Below are positions 19,901 through 27,196 of a stretch of 64,000 nt of DNA, in pieces (position 1 is the first letter of the stretch; each line of letters opens with the position of its first letter). The DNA is from an uncultured bacterium (GTDB lineage Bacteria; Omnitrophota; Omnitrophia; Omnitrophales; Aquincolibacteriaceae). The notes beneath the pieces are model-generated. The model made no database searches. It saw only the letters and a list, made by a program, of their open reading frames with translations, and was not told the DNA's origin. The stretch covers positions 17,684-81,683 of the forward strand of contig CAYSSX010000004.1 of assembly GCA_964434115.1 (NCBI GenBank). The letters run 5' to 3'. Both the position numbers and the translations under genes were made by a program.

Positions 19901-22900
19901 ACCCTGTGCCTCGGTCCAATGAGCAAGTGCCACGGCTTCGCTCTTCCGGTTCAAAGCCACCAGGCTAGTAATCTTGAGATCAAGCGCGCTTGAGTCCCGG
20001 GGCTCACGGAGCAAAAGGGCTTCAGCCTCCGTCAATGCCTGTTCGAATTTCGGCTGTCCGTTTCTCCTCTGGCGGGTGATGTGCTGTCCCCAGTGATAAA
20101 GCACCCAGCCTTTTTCGACCGCCAGGAAAGGGCTCCAGGGGTCCACGTTTTCAAGGGCTTCGTTCAAAATCTGCAAGGCTTCGTCATACCGGTTGGGCTG
20201 GCTATGGTCATAGCGCCGCGTGTTTGACATCGCGACAATCACACGGGATAAGGTCGAAAGCTGCACATCGTAAGGCATGTCCTCTTCATCCACATTCCGG
20301 ACATCCTCAGCGATTGCTTCATAAACCTGAAAAGCTTCGAAGTTTCTGCCTTGCTGCTGAAGACTCCGCGCTTTCTCAATCCCCACGCTGACACTATGCA
20401 TAAAATCATTGAGTGAGCGGCTGTGCTTACGAACGTATTCAAGCCCTCGGCGATTCATCTCACGCCACACAAACGCACCATAAACATTCATGCGGCGGAT
20501 GAAGTCTTGGGAAAGCGCCGCTTTGTCAGCGTCCTCAAGCCCCAGGGTTTCAAGAACTTCCGGAAAGGCTTTAACCTCTGCATCCTCAAAAACATCTTGG
20601 GGCAATGAGTAAGACTTCAGTTTTTCTCTAACCTTGATCTCCAGATTGTCCAAATCCTTCCAGGCTGAAGCCACCCGGGCTTTGCGGAATCCTTCCGCCA
20701 CGCGGTCCATAAGTGCGTCTAATTGATCAAGCAGCGCTTCGCGGCGGTCCTCAACCAAGCGGGCCGAAACGATTTGCTGAGTCATTTGAATTACCAGTTC
20801 AGATCCTTGAAGGGTTTCCCGGTCATAGGCCGCCGCACCGGCCAAAAGTTTTTCTTCAAGCTTTGGTAAAAGAGAGTCAAAATCAGGAACCGGTTCAATC
20901 TCAGCACTTGATTCCCCGGTCTGAGAAGTTTCCTGCGCTTGGCGCGTCCCAACCGCTGACTTCACTTTCCCAACGGACGGCAAGGCGGCCGTCTCTTCCG
21001 CTCCAAGACGACGGGCCGCGTCTTCAATTTGAGAACGCAAGGCATCGCCGTCAAAAACACTTTCGGCCAGCAGGCTGGACGCAGCGCTCAAAGCGTCACG
21101 GGCTTCTGAAGTTTGCCCTTTTGAAGCATAAACCCCTGACTGCTTAACCCATAGCTCCGCCAGCAAGCGGGTGGTCTCGGGCTCCGGCGAAATCAGCCAA
21201 ACGAGATTGTCCGCGGTCAAAAGGGTGTCTTCCAAAAATTCCGCTTCATGATAAATTCCGAGAAGATAGCGGACAGCCCGGTTTCTTTCCGCATTGTCGC
21301 GGTCCAAATCCCAGACAATGGCCGTAAAAACAGTTTGTGCAAGATCCTCTTTTCCGGCTGCCCAATTCGATTCTGCCAGGGCCAGAGCGTCGGGTGTTCC
21401 ATTCACCGCGCCATCCACAGCCCATGGGGAAGAAGCCCTTTCTTCAAATTCCTCCTGCAGTAAAACAACAAGGTCCGCGAGCCTACGCTGCCACAAACGT
21501 CTGTCTAAATTATCTAAAAATTCTTTCTCTTGAATAACCCGCCCGAACTCAAGCGCTTCCGGACGCTGCGGAATGGTTTGTCCCGTCAAAATCATCCGCT
21601 TCCAATGATCCCGAAGCTGCTTTTCAAGAACCGCAAACCCCTCGGTCAAATCCCTTATGGCGCGGGCATGTTTCTGCTGGGCCTCCAGTTTTTTCGCTTC
21701 CAGAGCTTCACGGGCTGATCGGGCAGCTGCGGCCTGCTGTTCTTTTTGGACGCGAAGCGTCTCAAGCTGCTGCTGAATAAGGGAGCGGGCTTCGACAACC
21801 CATACTGCCTGAACCGTTTGCTCAGAAAAAAGCCCGGCCATTTCATGTTCCAGAGAAGCCTCGCGGAAAATTCGCGACTCATCCGCTTTTAATTCGCGGT
21901 CAAAATCCTGAAGGATTTGTTCAAGACGCCGGACGCTTTCTGCTTTTGCTGCCTGACGGCGCAGAAATTCCATTTTTGTTGAAAAGGAACGCCGGAAACG
22001 ATCGACCGCGTCGGTAAGTTTTTGTTCAGGGGTTACTTGCGCTTGAGTTTCTTCTGGAGTAACAGCGGCAGGCACCGGAAGGACTTCCATTTCTTCTTGC
22101 TCAGCAGGCAGTAAAATTTCATCTTTCTTCAAAACTTGCGCCGGCTCGCCGGTTTCATCTTGATCCGCCACCGGGGCTTCAGATCTCCCCCGGAATCCGG
22201 AAAGGGACTCCAGGAGTCCGCGGTAAAGACGCGCCGCAAGCTGAAGAACCGCTGCTTTTAAGGCACTCAAAACATTCCGGATTTTTTCTCTCAAAGGCAG
22301 GCGCATATCCTGCGGCCAGGCCTTGCCAAGCTCTGCACTGTCCGCACCCTCCCGAAGGAGAATGCTACGTTCAATCAGTGCCAGTTCATAAGCCAATCTG
22401 TTTTCAAGAATCTTTTCAATCCGTTCAGCACGCCGGAGCTGCTCGCCCTTATAAACCCCCGAAGCTTCACCTCCGAACACTAAGGAAGAGACGGTGGCAA
22501 AAAGGCCGGGCTCATCGTCTTTTTTCCTTTTAAATTTTTCTTTGAATTCTTTAGTCAGTTTTTGGCGGGCTTTCAAACGCTGGGAGGGCTTCCGATCAGA
22601 CGACTGCGTCCGGTACTCCGCGGCGGCTGCCCGAATGGCTTCCACCCGATCATCATAATCATCGAGAATAATGCGCCGGTAAACAAGACGAAACCGGTAA
22701 AAGGCCAGCACGGTCACCACGGCGGTTCCGGCCAAAGCTCCCGCCCAGAAAAGAGTCTCGTTAGTCTCAAAATCCCTCAGCTCGGAACGGGCGCCGGCGC
22801 CGTCTTCTCCTTCTGGGAGATCCTCTCGCGCGGCCTTGGCAAAAGACGCGAGAAGCCTTCTTTGCTGGGTTTGATTCCCTGAACTGAGAACCGTCCGGCG

Positions 22901-25900
22901 CTTGGGAATCCAGGTGTTCAAAAGCTGCTGTGCCAGACGGTAGTACCGCCGGGCTTTAATGGAAACCCCGCGAAGAATCTGCTCCGCGGCATTCAGATCC
23001 CCATGTTCAAAAGCAACACGGGCCGCTTCATAGGTTTCTTCAGAACGGATTTTTTCCCGCCACACACGCGACAGATCAAACGGGTATTTGTATTTCGATT
23101 TCAATTCCTTTTCCAGACTAACAGCCTCGCGGGTTCCCCCCGCATACTCCCCGCCTTCCATTTCATAAATGTAGGCATCCTTGATCTGCGTCCGGGTTTT
23201 GGAATGCACAATAAAAATCAATTTCTTCTCTTCCGGAAAATGCAGAAGCGTCACCGGATGATCGCGGTATTCGCCGGGGAGCTGATAATCTCTTCCTTTA
23301 ATTTGAAGACGTCCGGCATTGTCGCCCCGGGCGTGAATCGTAAACCCGGTCACTTGCCCCGCATGTTTCTCGAAAGTTTCACTTTGAATCCGAAGCTTAT
23401 ACGAATCCAAAGATTTTCCCTGGAAATCACGGAGCACAAGAAAGTCGTGGGTGGCTTTGGGCCGGCTTTTGTTTTCAGCCAATCTCACGGACACAACACG
23501 CTGCGGGGTTTTGGCTGTTTCGCCGGCAGTTTCTGTTTTTTCCATTTCAAAAACATACGGAGCTGCGGGCGGAAGATTTTTCCACTCATCGGTTCTGATC
23601 AAAACGCCATTTTCCAGGGCCGCCGACATCCAAACGCCGTCTTTGGATGCATCCGCGACCTGAACACCGGTAATCGGAGCGCCTAACGAAGCCCTTCCGT
23701 AACTATCCGCTTTAAAACGTGTGATCGTGCCTGTGAAACTGCCGATCTTGTCATAAAACCCTTCGCGGGCAACATCCACAAGAGCGCCGCTTTCATTGCG
23801 CTTCAAAATAAGGTCATAAGTCTTGTCTCCCACCTTCACGGAAACAGGCGTTCTTCCCTCCAGGGTGACTTCCGCTTTTTTTAGTCCGGCGGCGCCCGGG
23901 GCGACATAAATATTTTTTCCGGGAACGCGGACATACGCCGTGTCATGAGCACTCCCGCGCTGGGATTTTTCGCGTCCCAGCAGAAACCCCTTCACCACGC
24001 CTCGGAAATCCTCGGAAGGCGCCCAAATTCCATCCATGCGCATGACAAAAAAGCCTTTCCGTTTTTTCCCCTCCTCATCGTAAACCTCGTAGACAGGATG
24101 CACCGTTGCGGAGGCATCAATCACCTTGAGAAGATTTCCCTGGGCATCCGTGATGACGCGGAATTTATTCTGTGGATTCTGAACATCAAAGTTCTGGGTG
24201 GTCAAAACCCAAAAGGTCTCTTCCGGAAATTGCGGGTGGGTAAAGGTGTAGTCCGGGGAAACAAAAAAAGAATCGTTGCTGCGCGAGAATCCGAGGGTCT
24301 CGGACTCAATAAAACTGAAAAGATAATTATTGTCTTCAACCGTGTTTTCATAGAGACGGATCTGGCGGAGCCCCTTGTCTCCCGGAAGAGCATCTTCTTC
24401 AAGGATGACGGTTTTACCTTCAAGCGATTTTGGGAAACTCAACTTCACAGCGTCTCTCGACAGCGGCAGCCAGGGATTGGCCCCTTTAAAGAAATCCGAG
24501 CCCAGAGGGATTTTAATCCGGGTCCTGTCATCATCCGCCGCAGGAAGATCTTCTGCCTGAAGGGCCCGGAGAAGTTCTTCCCGCTCTCTCGGAGAAGAAA
24601 ACGGGCGAACGGAATCGCTTTTAGGCCTCGCAGAGAACCTTTTAGGCTGGGGACGAAGCGGGGTTGCGGTTTTTCTGATCGTTTGCTTACGGGCTTCCCT
24701 GCGGCGCTCAGACTCTGCAGCTTCAACACGGCCGAGGGCGTCAGCAATAAGGCGGTCGGCATAGGGGGATTCCATATTCCGGCGGCTAAAATCCAAAAGC
24801 TGGCCAAGAGTTGATCTTTCGCGCTGTTCTTCCAGCAGAGGGAGCAGCTTTGAGAGATTTCCATCAAGCCAATCCGTTAAGGTTGAAAAAAGAATCCGGA
24901 CCGTATTGAGATCGCTCTCTTTCCCAATAAGCTCTCGAACCTCGGTTTCGTAGCGGACAAATTTGAGGAAGACATTAATCGTGGGGTCTTGTTTTTTACG
25001 TCCAGGAGTTTTTTTGAGTCCTGTTAACAGGTCAATGTCATCATAGACAGCGGCCAAATCCTTCCAGGGTTTTTGAGCGCGTAATTCTGACCGCTGGGTT
25101 TCCTGGACACTTTTAAGCGAGGTCTCAACCTGGTCCCCATAGGCCCATGTTGAATAAGTTCGGCTAAACTCAAGGAGCTGGCCCAGCGTCTCAACATCTT
25201 TGTTCTGTTCCAGCAATGAAAGAATATCGTACAGGTGTTTCTCAAACCAATCCGTAAGCGTTGAATAGAAAGTGCTCTTATTTTTACGAATGCTCCGGCG
25301 ATCACTTCCTGCAGTCAGCAGAGCTTCAAGTTCTTTTTGATGCCGTATGAACTTCAAGAAAATTTCAGCTTCGCTGGGCCTGAACGTTTTACTGCTTCCA
25401 GCGAGCCGGTCAACAGCCTTATACGCCTCGTCCAAATCCTTCCAGACTTTTTGAACACGCAATTCGGCCCGCGAAGATTCCGTTTTTTGCTGAAATTTGA
25501 AAGAGGTCCGGGGAAGCGCACCCAGTTCAGCCCCCCGCTGAACAATCGCCTGTTCAAGAGCTTCACGGCGTGACGCGATAGCCGCCGGCAGATCCCCTTG
25601 CCAATCACTCATCCACTGCGCCGCGCGAATCTGAAAACGAGAAAGGTCAAAGGGTCCTGTTTTCCCAGTCATAGCCGCCTGATACTTTTCCGAGCCTGAG
25701 AAATCTGAAAAATGCGGGGAGAGCACGGCATACGGCAGGTTATGTTTGCGGAAAGCCTCTGTCATTCCTTTGCGGTGAAAGCCGCCCGCAACAATAACGA
25801 CACTTCCCGCAGGCGAAGCCGGATCCAAAAGCCTGCTGATCACGGGTGCGGCCATCACCGTGTCCCGTTTCATGGCCAGCGTGTAAAAACGCGCCGCCTG

Positions 25901-27196
25901 ATCCGCGAGGGTTCTTAGTTCGGAAGGGATTTTTTTCTGGCGCGGGAAACGCTCCTGCCAAGACTGATACTCCTCCTGGGTGAGTTCCAGAGAGAAAAGT
26001 TTTTTCAAAAGCAGGTAATCACGGAACGCTTCCAGGATGTCTTTTTCTGAAGTTTTCTTCTGAAGCTTCTCAAAAATCCGGTTTCTTAAGAGTTCTTTCT
26101 CCTTAAAAAGCAAAGGCGCCTCAACCTCTTCTGCCAAAACACATCCCCCCTGCTGAAGAACCAGCTGTGGGTAATCTTCAAAACGGAAGCCCTTGGCGGA
26201 CGCTTGCTGATAAAATTTTTCCCAGACTCGCCGCCGATCCAGCCCCGAAGCTTCGCCGCTTTTTTTTCTGAGAAGAAATTGCAGATCTTCAGTTTCCGCG
26301 GTAAGGCTATTTTCCTCAATCCAATTCAGGAGTCCGGCCGTTTCCTTCTCAACCGCAGCCTCTTCAACCAGAGACTGCCGTCTCATGGCTTCAAAAAAAC
26401 GGACAAGCATCGGCCACTGGAGCTGAAGCTTCGGATCCCCCCATTTCGCGCCTAAAATCTCCCGGGATTTTTTTTGAAGATCATTAAGATCCTGTTCAAG
26501 GCTTGCCTTTCCCTTTTCGTAATCGACCCAAGCGCTGAAAGAACGGTAAAGCTCCGGAGTCATGCTGCGGGAGGCTGCCCTTTCGATCTCTCCCAGGTGT
26601 TTCTCAAGGAGTTTTGAGGATTTCTCACGGGAAGCCATAACCGTCTGATAAACATTCAAATTACTCAGATAAAGATCTTTGCTTTCTAAACCAAATGCTT
26701 GGGCGGGGGATGCGTTTGGAGTTTCAGAATCCCTTTGCGAGAGCAGAAAAAGCTCGGGGCCTCCGGCCTCTGATTCCTGAAGTAAAAACTCGGCCGCTTG
26801 CCTATTGAGTTTTCTATCCTCGAAAAAACGAAGTCTGTCAATTTCCAGCTCACCGATTCCCCCTTCTATAAAAATCTGGCGGACACCTTTCTTTTCCTGC
26901 AAAAAATCCAGCATCCCTTCCATATTTTTTTGAGCTTCCTGAATCCCATGCGGATCCTGAATAAAAAGAATGCTTTTTTCGGGAAGTTCACGGAGGCCCT
27001 TCGGAAGCCAGACTTCATCAAGGGTTCCTAATAAAGCGGGTAAGCTGCGAAGATCGTTTGGCGCAATCAGGGTTTCTGCGGCTCTCGGAGAAGGCATCAC
27101 AATCTGCGGAACCTGCGCTAAGCCCGTATCTTGAAAAAGCAGGCAAAGGGCTGTCAATATCGCGAGTTGTTTTTTTGCCCGGAAAAACAATTTCAT
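10985..27196 (-). CDS. Giant multidomain protein, 5403 aa, with a signal peptide, a single TM helix and mosaic enzyme-like domains.
   Basis: A single uninterrupted ORF of 16,212 nt; codon counting confirms 5403 aa. N-terminal signal peptide MKLFFRAKKQLAILTALCLLFQDTGLAQ. TM helix at aa 1481-1504. Recognisable domains are listed as separate features below. Confidence 0.85.
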   Translation of the reverse strand: MKLFFRAKKQLAILTALCLLFQDTGLAQVPQIVMPSPRAAETLIAPNDLRSLPALLGTLDEVWLPKGLRELPEKSILFIQDPHGIQEAQKNMEGMLDFLQEKKGVRQIFIEGGIGELEIDRLRFFEDRKLNRQAAEFLLQESEAGGPELFLLSQRDSETPNASPAQAFGLESKDLYLSNLNVYQTVMASREKSSKLLEKHLGEIERAASRSMTPELYRSFSAWVDYEKGKASLEQDLNDLQKKSREILGAKWGDPKLQLQWPMLVRFFEAMRRQSLVEEAAVEKETAGLLNWIEENSLTAETEDLQFLLRKKSGEASGLDRRRVWEKFYQQASAKGFRFEDYPQLVLQQGGCVLAEEVEAPLLFKEKELLRNRIFEKLQKKTSEKDILEAFRDYLLLKKLFSLELTQEEYQSWQERFPRQKKIPSELRTLADQAARFYTLAMKRDTVMAAPVISRLLDPASPAGSVVIVAGGFHRKGMTEAFRKHNLPYAVLSPHFSDFSGSEKYQAAMTGKTGPFDLSRFQIRAAQWMSDWQGDLPAAIASRREALEQAIVQRGAELGALPRTSFKFQQKTESSRAELRVQKVWKDLDEAYKAVDRLAGSSKTFRPSEAEIFLKFIRHQKELEALLTAGSDRRSIRKNKSTFYSTLTDWFEKHLYDILSLLEQNKDVETLGQLLEFSRTYSTWAYGDQVETSLKSVQETQRSELRAQKPWKDLAAVYDDIDLLTGLKKTPGRKKQDPTINVFLKFVRYETEVRELIGKESDLNTVRILFSTLTDWLDGNLSKLLPLLEEQRERSTLGQLLDFSRRNMESPYADRLIADALGRVEAAESERRREARKQTIRKTATPLRPQPKRFSARPKSDSVRPFSSPREREELLRALQAEDLPAADDDRTRIKIPLGSDFFKGANPWLPLSRDAVKLSFPKSLEGKTVILEEDALPGDKGLRQIRLYENTVEDNNYLFSFIESETLGFSRSNDSFFVSPDYTFTHPQFPEETFWVLTTQNFDVQNPQNKFRVITDAQGNLLKVIDASATVHPVYEVYDEEGKKRKGFFVMRMDGIWAPSEDFRGVVKGFLLGREKSQRGSAHDTAYVRVPGKNIYVAPGAAGLKKAEVTLEGRTPVSVKVGDKTYDLILKRNESGALVDVAREGFYDKIGSFTGTITRFKADSYGRASLGAPITGVQVADASKDGVWMSAALENGVLIRTDEWKNLPPAAPYVFEMEKTETAGETAKTPQRVVSVRLAENKSRPKATHDFLVLRDFQGKSLDSYKLRIQSETFEKHAGQVTGFTIHARGDNAGRLQIKGRDYQLPGEYRDHPVTLLHFPEEKKLIFIVHSKTRTQIKDAYIYEMEGGEYAGGTREAVSLEKELKSKYKYPFDLSRVWREKIRSEETYEAARVAFEHGDLNAAEQILRGVSIKARRYYRLAQQLLNTWIPKRRTVLSSGNQTQQRRLLASFAKAAREDLPEGEDGAGARSELRDFETNETLFWAGALAGTAVVTVLAFYRFRLVYRRIILDDYDDRVEAIRAAAAEYRTQSSDRKPSQRLKARQKLTKEFKEKFKRKKDDEPGLFATVSSLVFGGEASGVYKGEQLRRAERIEKILENRLAYELALIERSILLREGADSAELGKAWPQDMRLPLREKIRNVLSALKAAVLQLAARLYRGLLESLSGFRGRSEAPVADQDETGEPAQVLKKDEILLPAEQEEMEVLPVPAAVTPEETQAQVTPEQKLTDAVDRFRRSFSTKMEFLRRQAAKAESVRRLEQILQDFDRELKADESRIFREASLEHEMAGLFSEQTVQAVWVVEARSLIQQQLETLRVQKEQQAAAARSAREALEAKKLEAQQKHARAIRDLTEGFAVLEKQLRDHWKRMILTGQTIPQRPEALEFGRVIQEKEFLDNLDRRLWQRRLADLVVLLQEEFEERASSPWAVDGAVNGTPDALALAESNWAAGKEDLAQTVFTAIVWDLDRDNAERNRAVRYLLGIYHEAEFLEDTLLTADNLVWLISPEPETTRLLAELWVKQSGVYASKGQTSEARDALSAASSLLAESVFDGDALRSQIEDAARRLGAEETAALPSVGKVKSAVGTRQAQETSQTGESSAEIEPVPDFDSLLPKLEEKLLAGAAAYDRETLQGSELVIQMTQQIVSARLVEDRREALLDQLDALMDRVAEGFRKARVASAWKDLDNLEIKVREKLKSYSLPQDVFEDAEVKAFPEVLETLGLEDADKAALSQDFIRRMNVYGAFVWREMNRRGLEYVRKHSRSLNDFMHSVSVGIEKARSLQQQGRNFEAFQVYEAIAEDVRNVDEEDMPYDVQLSTLSRVIVAMSNTRRYDHSQPNRYDEALQILNEALENVDPWSPFLAVEKGWVLYHWGQHITRQRRNGQPKFEQALTEAEALLLREPRDSSALDLKITSLVALNRKSEAVALAHWTEAQGIRKVEKLTAAKDLIGSRAELRADADMKPLAFGDAETLRERAADAAILSPRWIRVGEEPLRVFSDRRAEIEAQPPHPELTGTLLAALQRAYQERNVPFALERWLTEAYEKRLKKIREKEFGIYLFDWIDHEERGQVAAYYDETANRLFLSRELLKALEENSGGEHALREGLLFEMLFPPRKVLVLGASGRVGREVYDLLRRVYPQVMGTSFSSEDEDLIKLDVTQDGEVDALLNRLKPDVVVYAAGVAGVEEAEKDKARAELLNVSVPERIAQTFPGQMVYFSTDYVFDGTEAPYKPKAETKPLNFYGETKVAGEKAVLSKTGNTVIRLGWVYGSKTGQERDPFHSAIQWMEGRSENLLVLDDHQVRHPVWAGDVAGVTLQSINNHRGGIVQLNGSEALTRYTFTEAVRTAYEKLYPSWDEPPGNNLTSTRMWHHDEDEAPGTGPSVQRPQDAKMRNTIRPTPLDDVLRYLIPMHSVPDEGFFQELYAALETRNFEAVEKISKALESRNIRWAFVGRTENLPGASEKGVKVWSASEREEMYRQLSRDIPFQPSNAIRFKRGIDSMLMGIPEDKDGIIFLKPMTMGKEPHVEISLFPSFAGNKSMLYLLSYGYMEASSFGRVFRLWIPTQRSSDYEIDETVKTELAGGSYSQVQRIINTDGTTVIEKRAKTQEDKGKLLAEARYMQDLQKTGNPAGRWFPEIYSVEEHDGWTVVRMQDLSWPSLSSMIQQAFPSGDDAFGRMMGGHLGTNQSLLETIKHIYRTLTPDFYSQEQSPTPEDFAEKYHFQKLEQRWREAAEKSPWMKKLLAAPYLEMKGEKEPLLLNLPTMLRVFRRINQLHPELFKPPYLAKQHGDLHTGNILIDPFEYLRSGKVQGFKLIDPKYIPEGNDPLYDFAKLIHNYFGYYDLALDHHDTFHFDVNFPSQNKGPAVFANYFDDEASGTLMTLGRIGQFSKDFMEFIMDPDSDQLFPFEPDSIAWRKRLLFTHASLMAGLLPFHVVGDNREKKAGVIYFRSAELMSSFLGAIAVSPELGDSEKAWHLRLRLNEVETAKALNNKRAFEEAVGRLNLYLDQEEAAERLDREGVQDEPSDGKRSELRAQQAPWVRDTDQDATIAKAKQAGDLLAFTESDAVLDLLMQTLFQIRLIPEKPKEQGSKKKTPRQKTPWDIENPAALVVDRIYQFWHQGRRFGSPQELAAFFEPLEVLAKRDDGVAPFLVRGLQAKLLMMAGFRDEAEKEVLEGWPKYDQENYAFALAMGDTQAALSPYTAIGLQHLFAAMHKDLQMVKYEAGARKDNDFDSFVTLVRSYHYWREARSRWDSSAAHYQESPGNNAAAVSRARRAAVYAEERIHLLEEKYSQELGLAEIPEDLTAKQELEVVFNRYRLALAVITPTFQYHVFNRLLKPALEALALDKSQGMQSRTLLRAKKAAEGLAEIAEHSRTHTMGDVTIYEDVLEILATAQVHTDRALRKFGKSEKPSSLSPFAARLDGLIDLMDREIARGYSERQRSVEIYYPKLLDAVVVFEKILRSAKKNSLKGRDLVDLLHQARVLNSFFAKEPDSVYDNHKTFLDSLKEKGYEAEALNEGMKSLEHFLLDETHFNLPRAELRYPLGDLVDVQSNLWRREGPVTPFPGVTLEMIERAQKILKHFWTGIGEIGENDLREGRFQIPLVRNEMLNQTMKSLTGRNNHYYLYYLPELPEGSFKPYLAADLLTRYFENPEKLSQLEMVVAESTGNQGKAVASLVQKLKKHPYYAPYAQQLSAVIFVPRGANPEKVKAMKDLGAVVVNRQFSEDELRAYARASEAERSRIDAESKAPYFEAYKDASQYVDQYAKAHPDSAHYIRHGSAMGVAAYAVIMLEALDQWFRLQVSAKGKTPVSSADFQAFTQFVGSEAEFDKVRFWVPGGSAGLGSGIAQAKLIRPGIQVFLTQVPGVDHIFNSLKAGRLIPKDQAVFDPTALRYVDGIAATGEPTTYAIVRGMADAVMRVPYQDNNRMARLILSLGLGYVGTLGVKRYLESELSPFLPLTNAVYGRKFEKVLPALAEEGKHIIVPVTGRTTDWQVDAEIRDLDLSEAIGRLRDIAAPEKEIPQLFRSELRTEAEGTKVSESLDFEEHQRLRAIAKQVDEGDYDAAHSLINAYRIENPAKPLIQQNLNFFEARMLGDAARFDEAAAILDSIELQIPAFKDAGSTRPISAQKSIFELFKKYKARLEGQDYEFVKKLGAGTFGDAYLFRNVLTGQKVVLKVIGGTSLDITDAVDKMSTQGQLSVEIDVNDNFFSKVGDAPEKEVIPRNLQVFEEENELGISMPEAIVMTFVEGKTLPGFLQGADNAAIQRFQEQFPEKWLGLIESLKEGGYVYIDYRPDNFFFSWDESQNLVIKSVDRGIIMKFKKPEAGSDSDPRELAVLGSAAMFKVFSGKEPALEYRNRLRAVFELGPEQEAYLAASLRPGDEANMQTYQALLEKLRFELKSRDGQIGYRPGYEKPPLAFNLVLIPHGETDANKRGVFHGHSDAKDENLLNEDGKRQVVEGASKLAEWIQQQGLKAEGLVFLRSPLRRTQQTSEISLAEAVKTVPGLPAKAEVEPDSIEINFAEWDGKDAAEVEAEMGAEEKKFMEAYRNLNALMKAPGGENFLTLLDRARELLLKLNEKYAGKTVVLYGHGTMAAAMRILFQSPEVQVDNYLNWRKEAVPPRGEPTVFMARSELRLASPSEEDRNFRTQQRLAVAVQMTAGILPVAFAAEGLPGVMTFMPSSVQARPLRINAREKTGLARSFSNLIAQGGKAVLPARIFQAVSPRVRELFVELFVQGAVNVPSQPVVYIAGEGASAIKETFFTYGVFQKNPSAQRLFEVRAQEEAVMANRLKQESVAVSLAQAPAGDESLDASIPAFLLNADEIRKLGEEDQARLLVRMTQLQLLAAVELKDQLGSERRGEILADFLRKAGVTASTGPQGYLMPSIQSLLSETVGTYLAAYQATAKAA
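11897..12463 (-). other. Histidine phosphatase (phosphoglycerate-mutase superfamily) domain, aa 4912-5100 of the giant protein.
   Basis: LVLIPHGETDAN matches LVRHGETxxN, with Arg apparently replaced by Pro. The second catalytic His is present in VVLYGHGTMAA. Confidence 0.5.
12497..13279 (-). other. Eukaryotic-type protein-kinase-like domain (atypical), aa 4640-4900 of the giant protein.
   Basis: Gly loop LGAGTFGDA, checked in DNA at 13235-13252. VVLKVI matches VAIK. IDYRPDNF matches HRDLKPEN, with the catalytic D and N retained. IKSVDRG matches IKIxDFG, with DFG changed to DRG. Confidence 0.5.
13877..14869 (-). other. PLP-dependent fold-type II (Trp-synthase beta / threonine-synthase-like) domain, aa 4110-4440 of the giant protein.
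   Basis: PEGSFKPY matches the PLP-lysine motif PxGSFKDR. ESTGNQGKAVA matches SxGNxG. VPGGSAGLGSGIA is a Gly-rich phosphate-binding loop. Confidence 0.5.
16937..17509 (-). other. Aminoglycoside/choline-kinase-type phosphotransferase-like domain, aa 3230-3420 of the giant protein.
   Basis: Brenner-type catalytic motif HGDLHTGNILID, with a downstream LIDP metal-binding-like motif. Checked directly in the DNA at 17330-17353. Confidence 0.5.
18677..19366 (-). other. RmlD-like (dTDP-4-dehydrorhamnose reductase / NAD(P)-dependent epimerase) domain, aa 2611-2840 of the giant protein.
   Basis: VLVLGASGRVGREV matches the Rossmann GxxGxxG. MVYFSTDYVFDG matches the RmlD FSTDYVFDG motif. NFYGETKVAGEKAV matches the catalytic YxxxK region. 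Confidence 0.6.
22685..22756 (-). other. Predicted single transmembrane helix of the giant protein (aa 1481-1504).
   Basis: LFWAGALAGTAVVTVLAFYRF is followed by RLVYRR (positive-inside). This predicts about 1480 aa outside the membrane and about 3900 aa in the cytoplasm. Confidence 0.5.
24722..25480 (-). repeat. Two tandem ~125-aa repeats in the N-terminal extracytoplasmic part of the giant protein (aa 573-825).
   Basis: Copy 1 (aa 573 onwards) is RAELRVQKVWKDLDEAYKAVDRLAG...STLTDWFEKHL...LGQLLEFSRT. Copy 2 (aa 700 onwards) is RSELRAQKPWKDLAAVYDDIDLLTG...STLTDWLDGNL...LGQLLDFSRR. The DNA copies are about 80% identical. A third short RSELRAQQAPWVR copy lies at 16592-16630. Confidence 0.7.

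Noticed and set aside
12162-26455. More than 30 short plus- and minus-strand ORFs inside the giant gene.
   Set aside because: All are out of frame or antisense relative to the 5403-aa ORF, whose frame shows coherent domain motifs throughout. None has a recognisable motif.
10985-27196. Possibility that the giant ORF is a chimera of several genes joined by assembly error.
   Set aside because: It cannot be excluded without reads. But a 16-kb frame with no stops, consistent codon usage and a sensible signal-peptide/TM topology argues for a real gene. Flagged for verification rather than dismissed.
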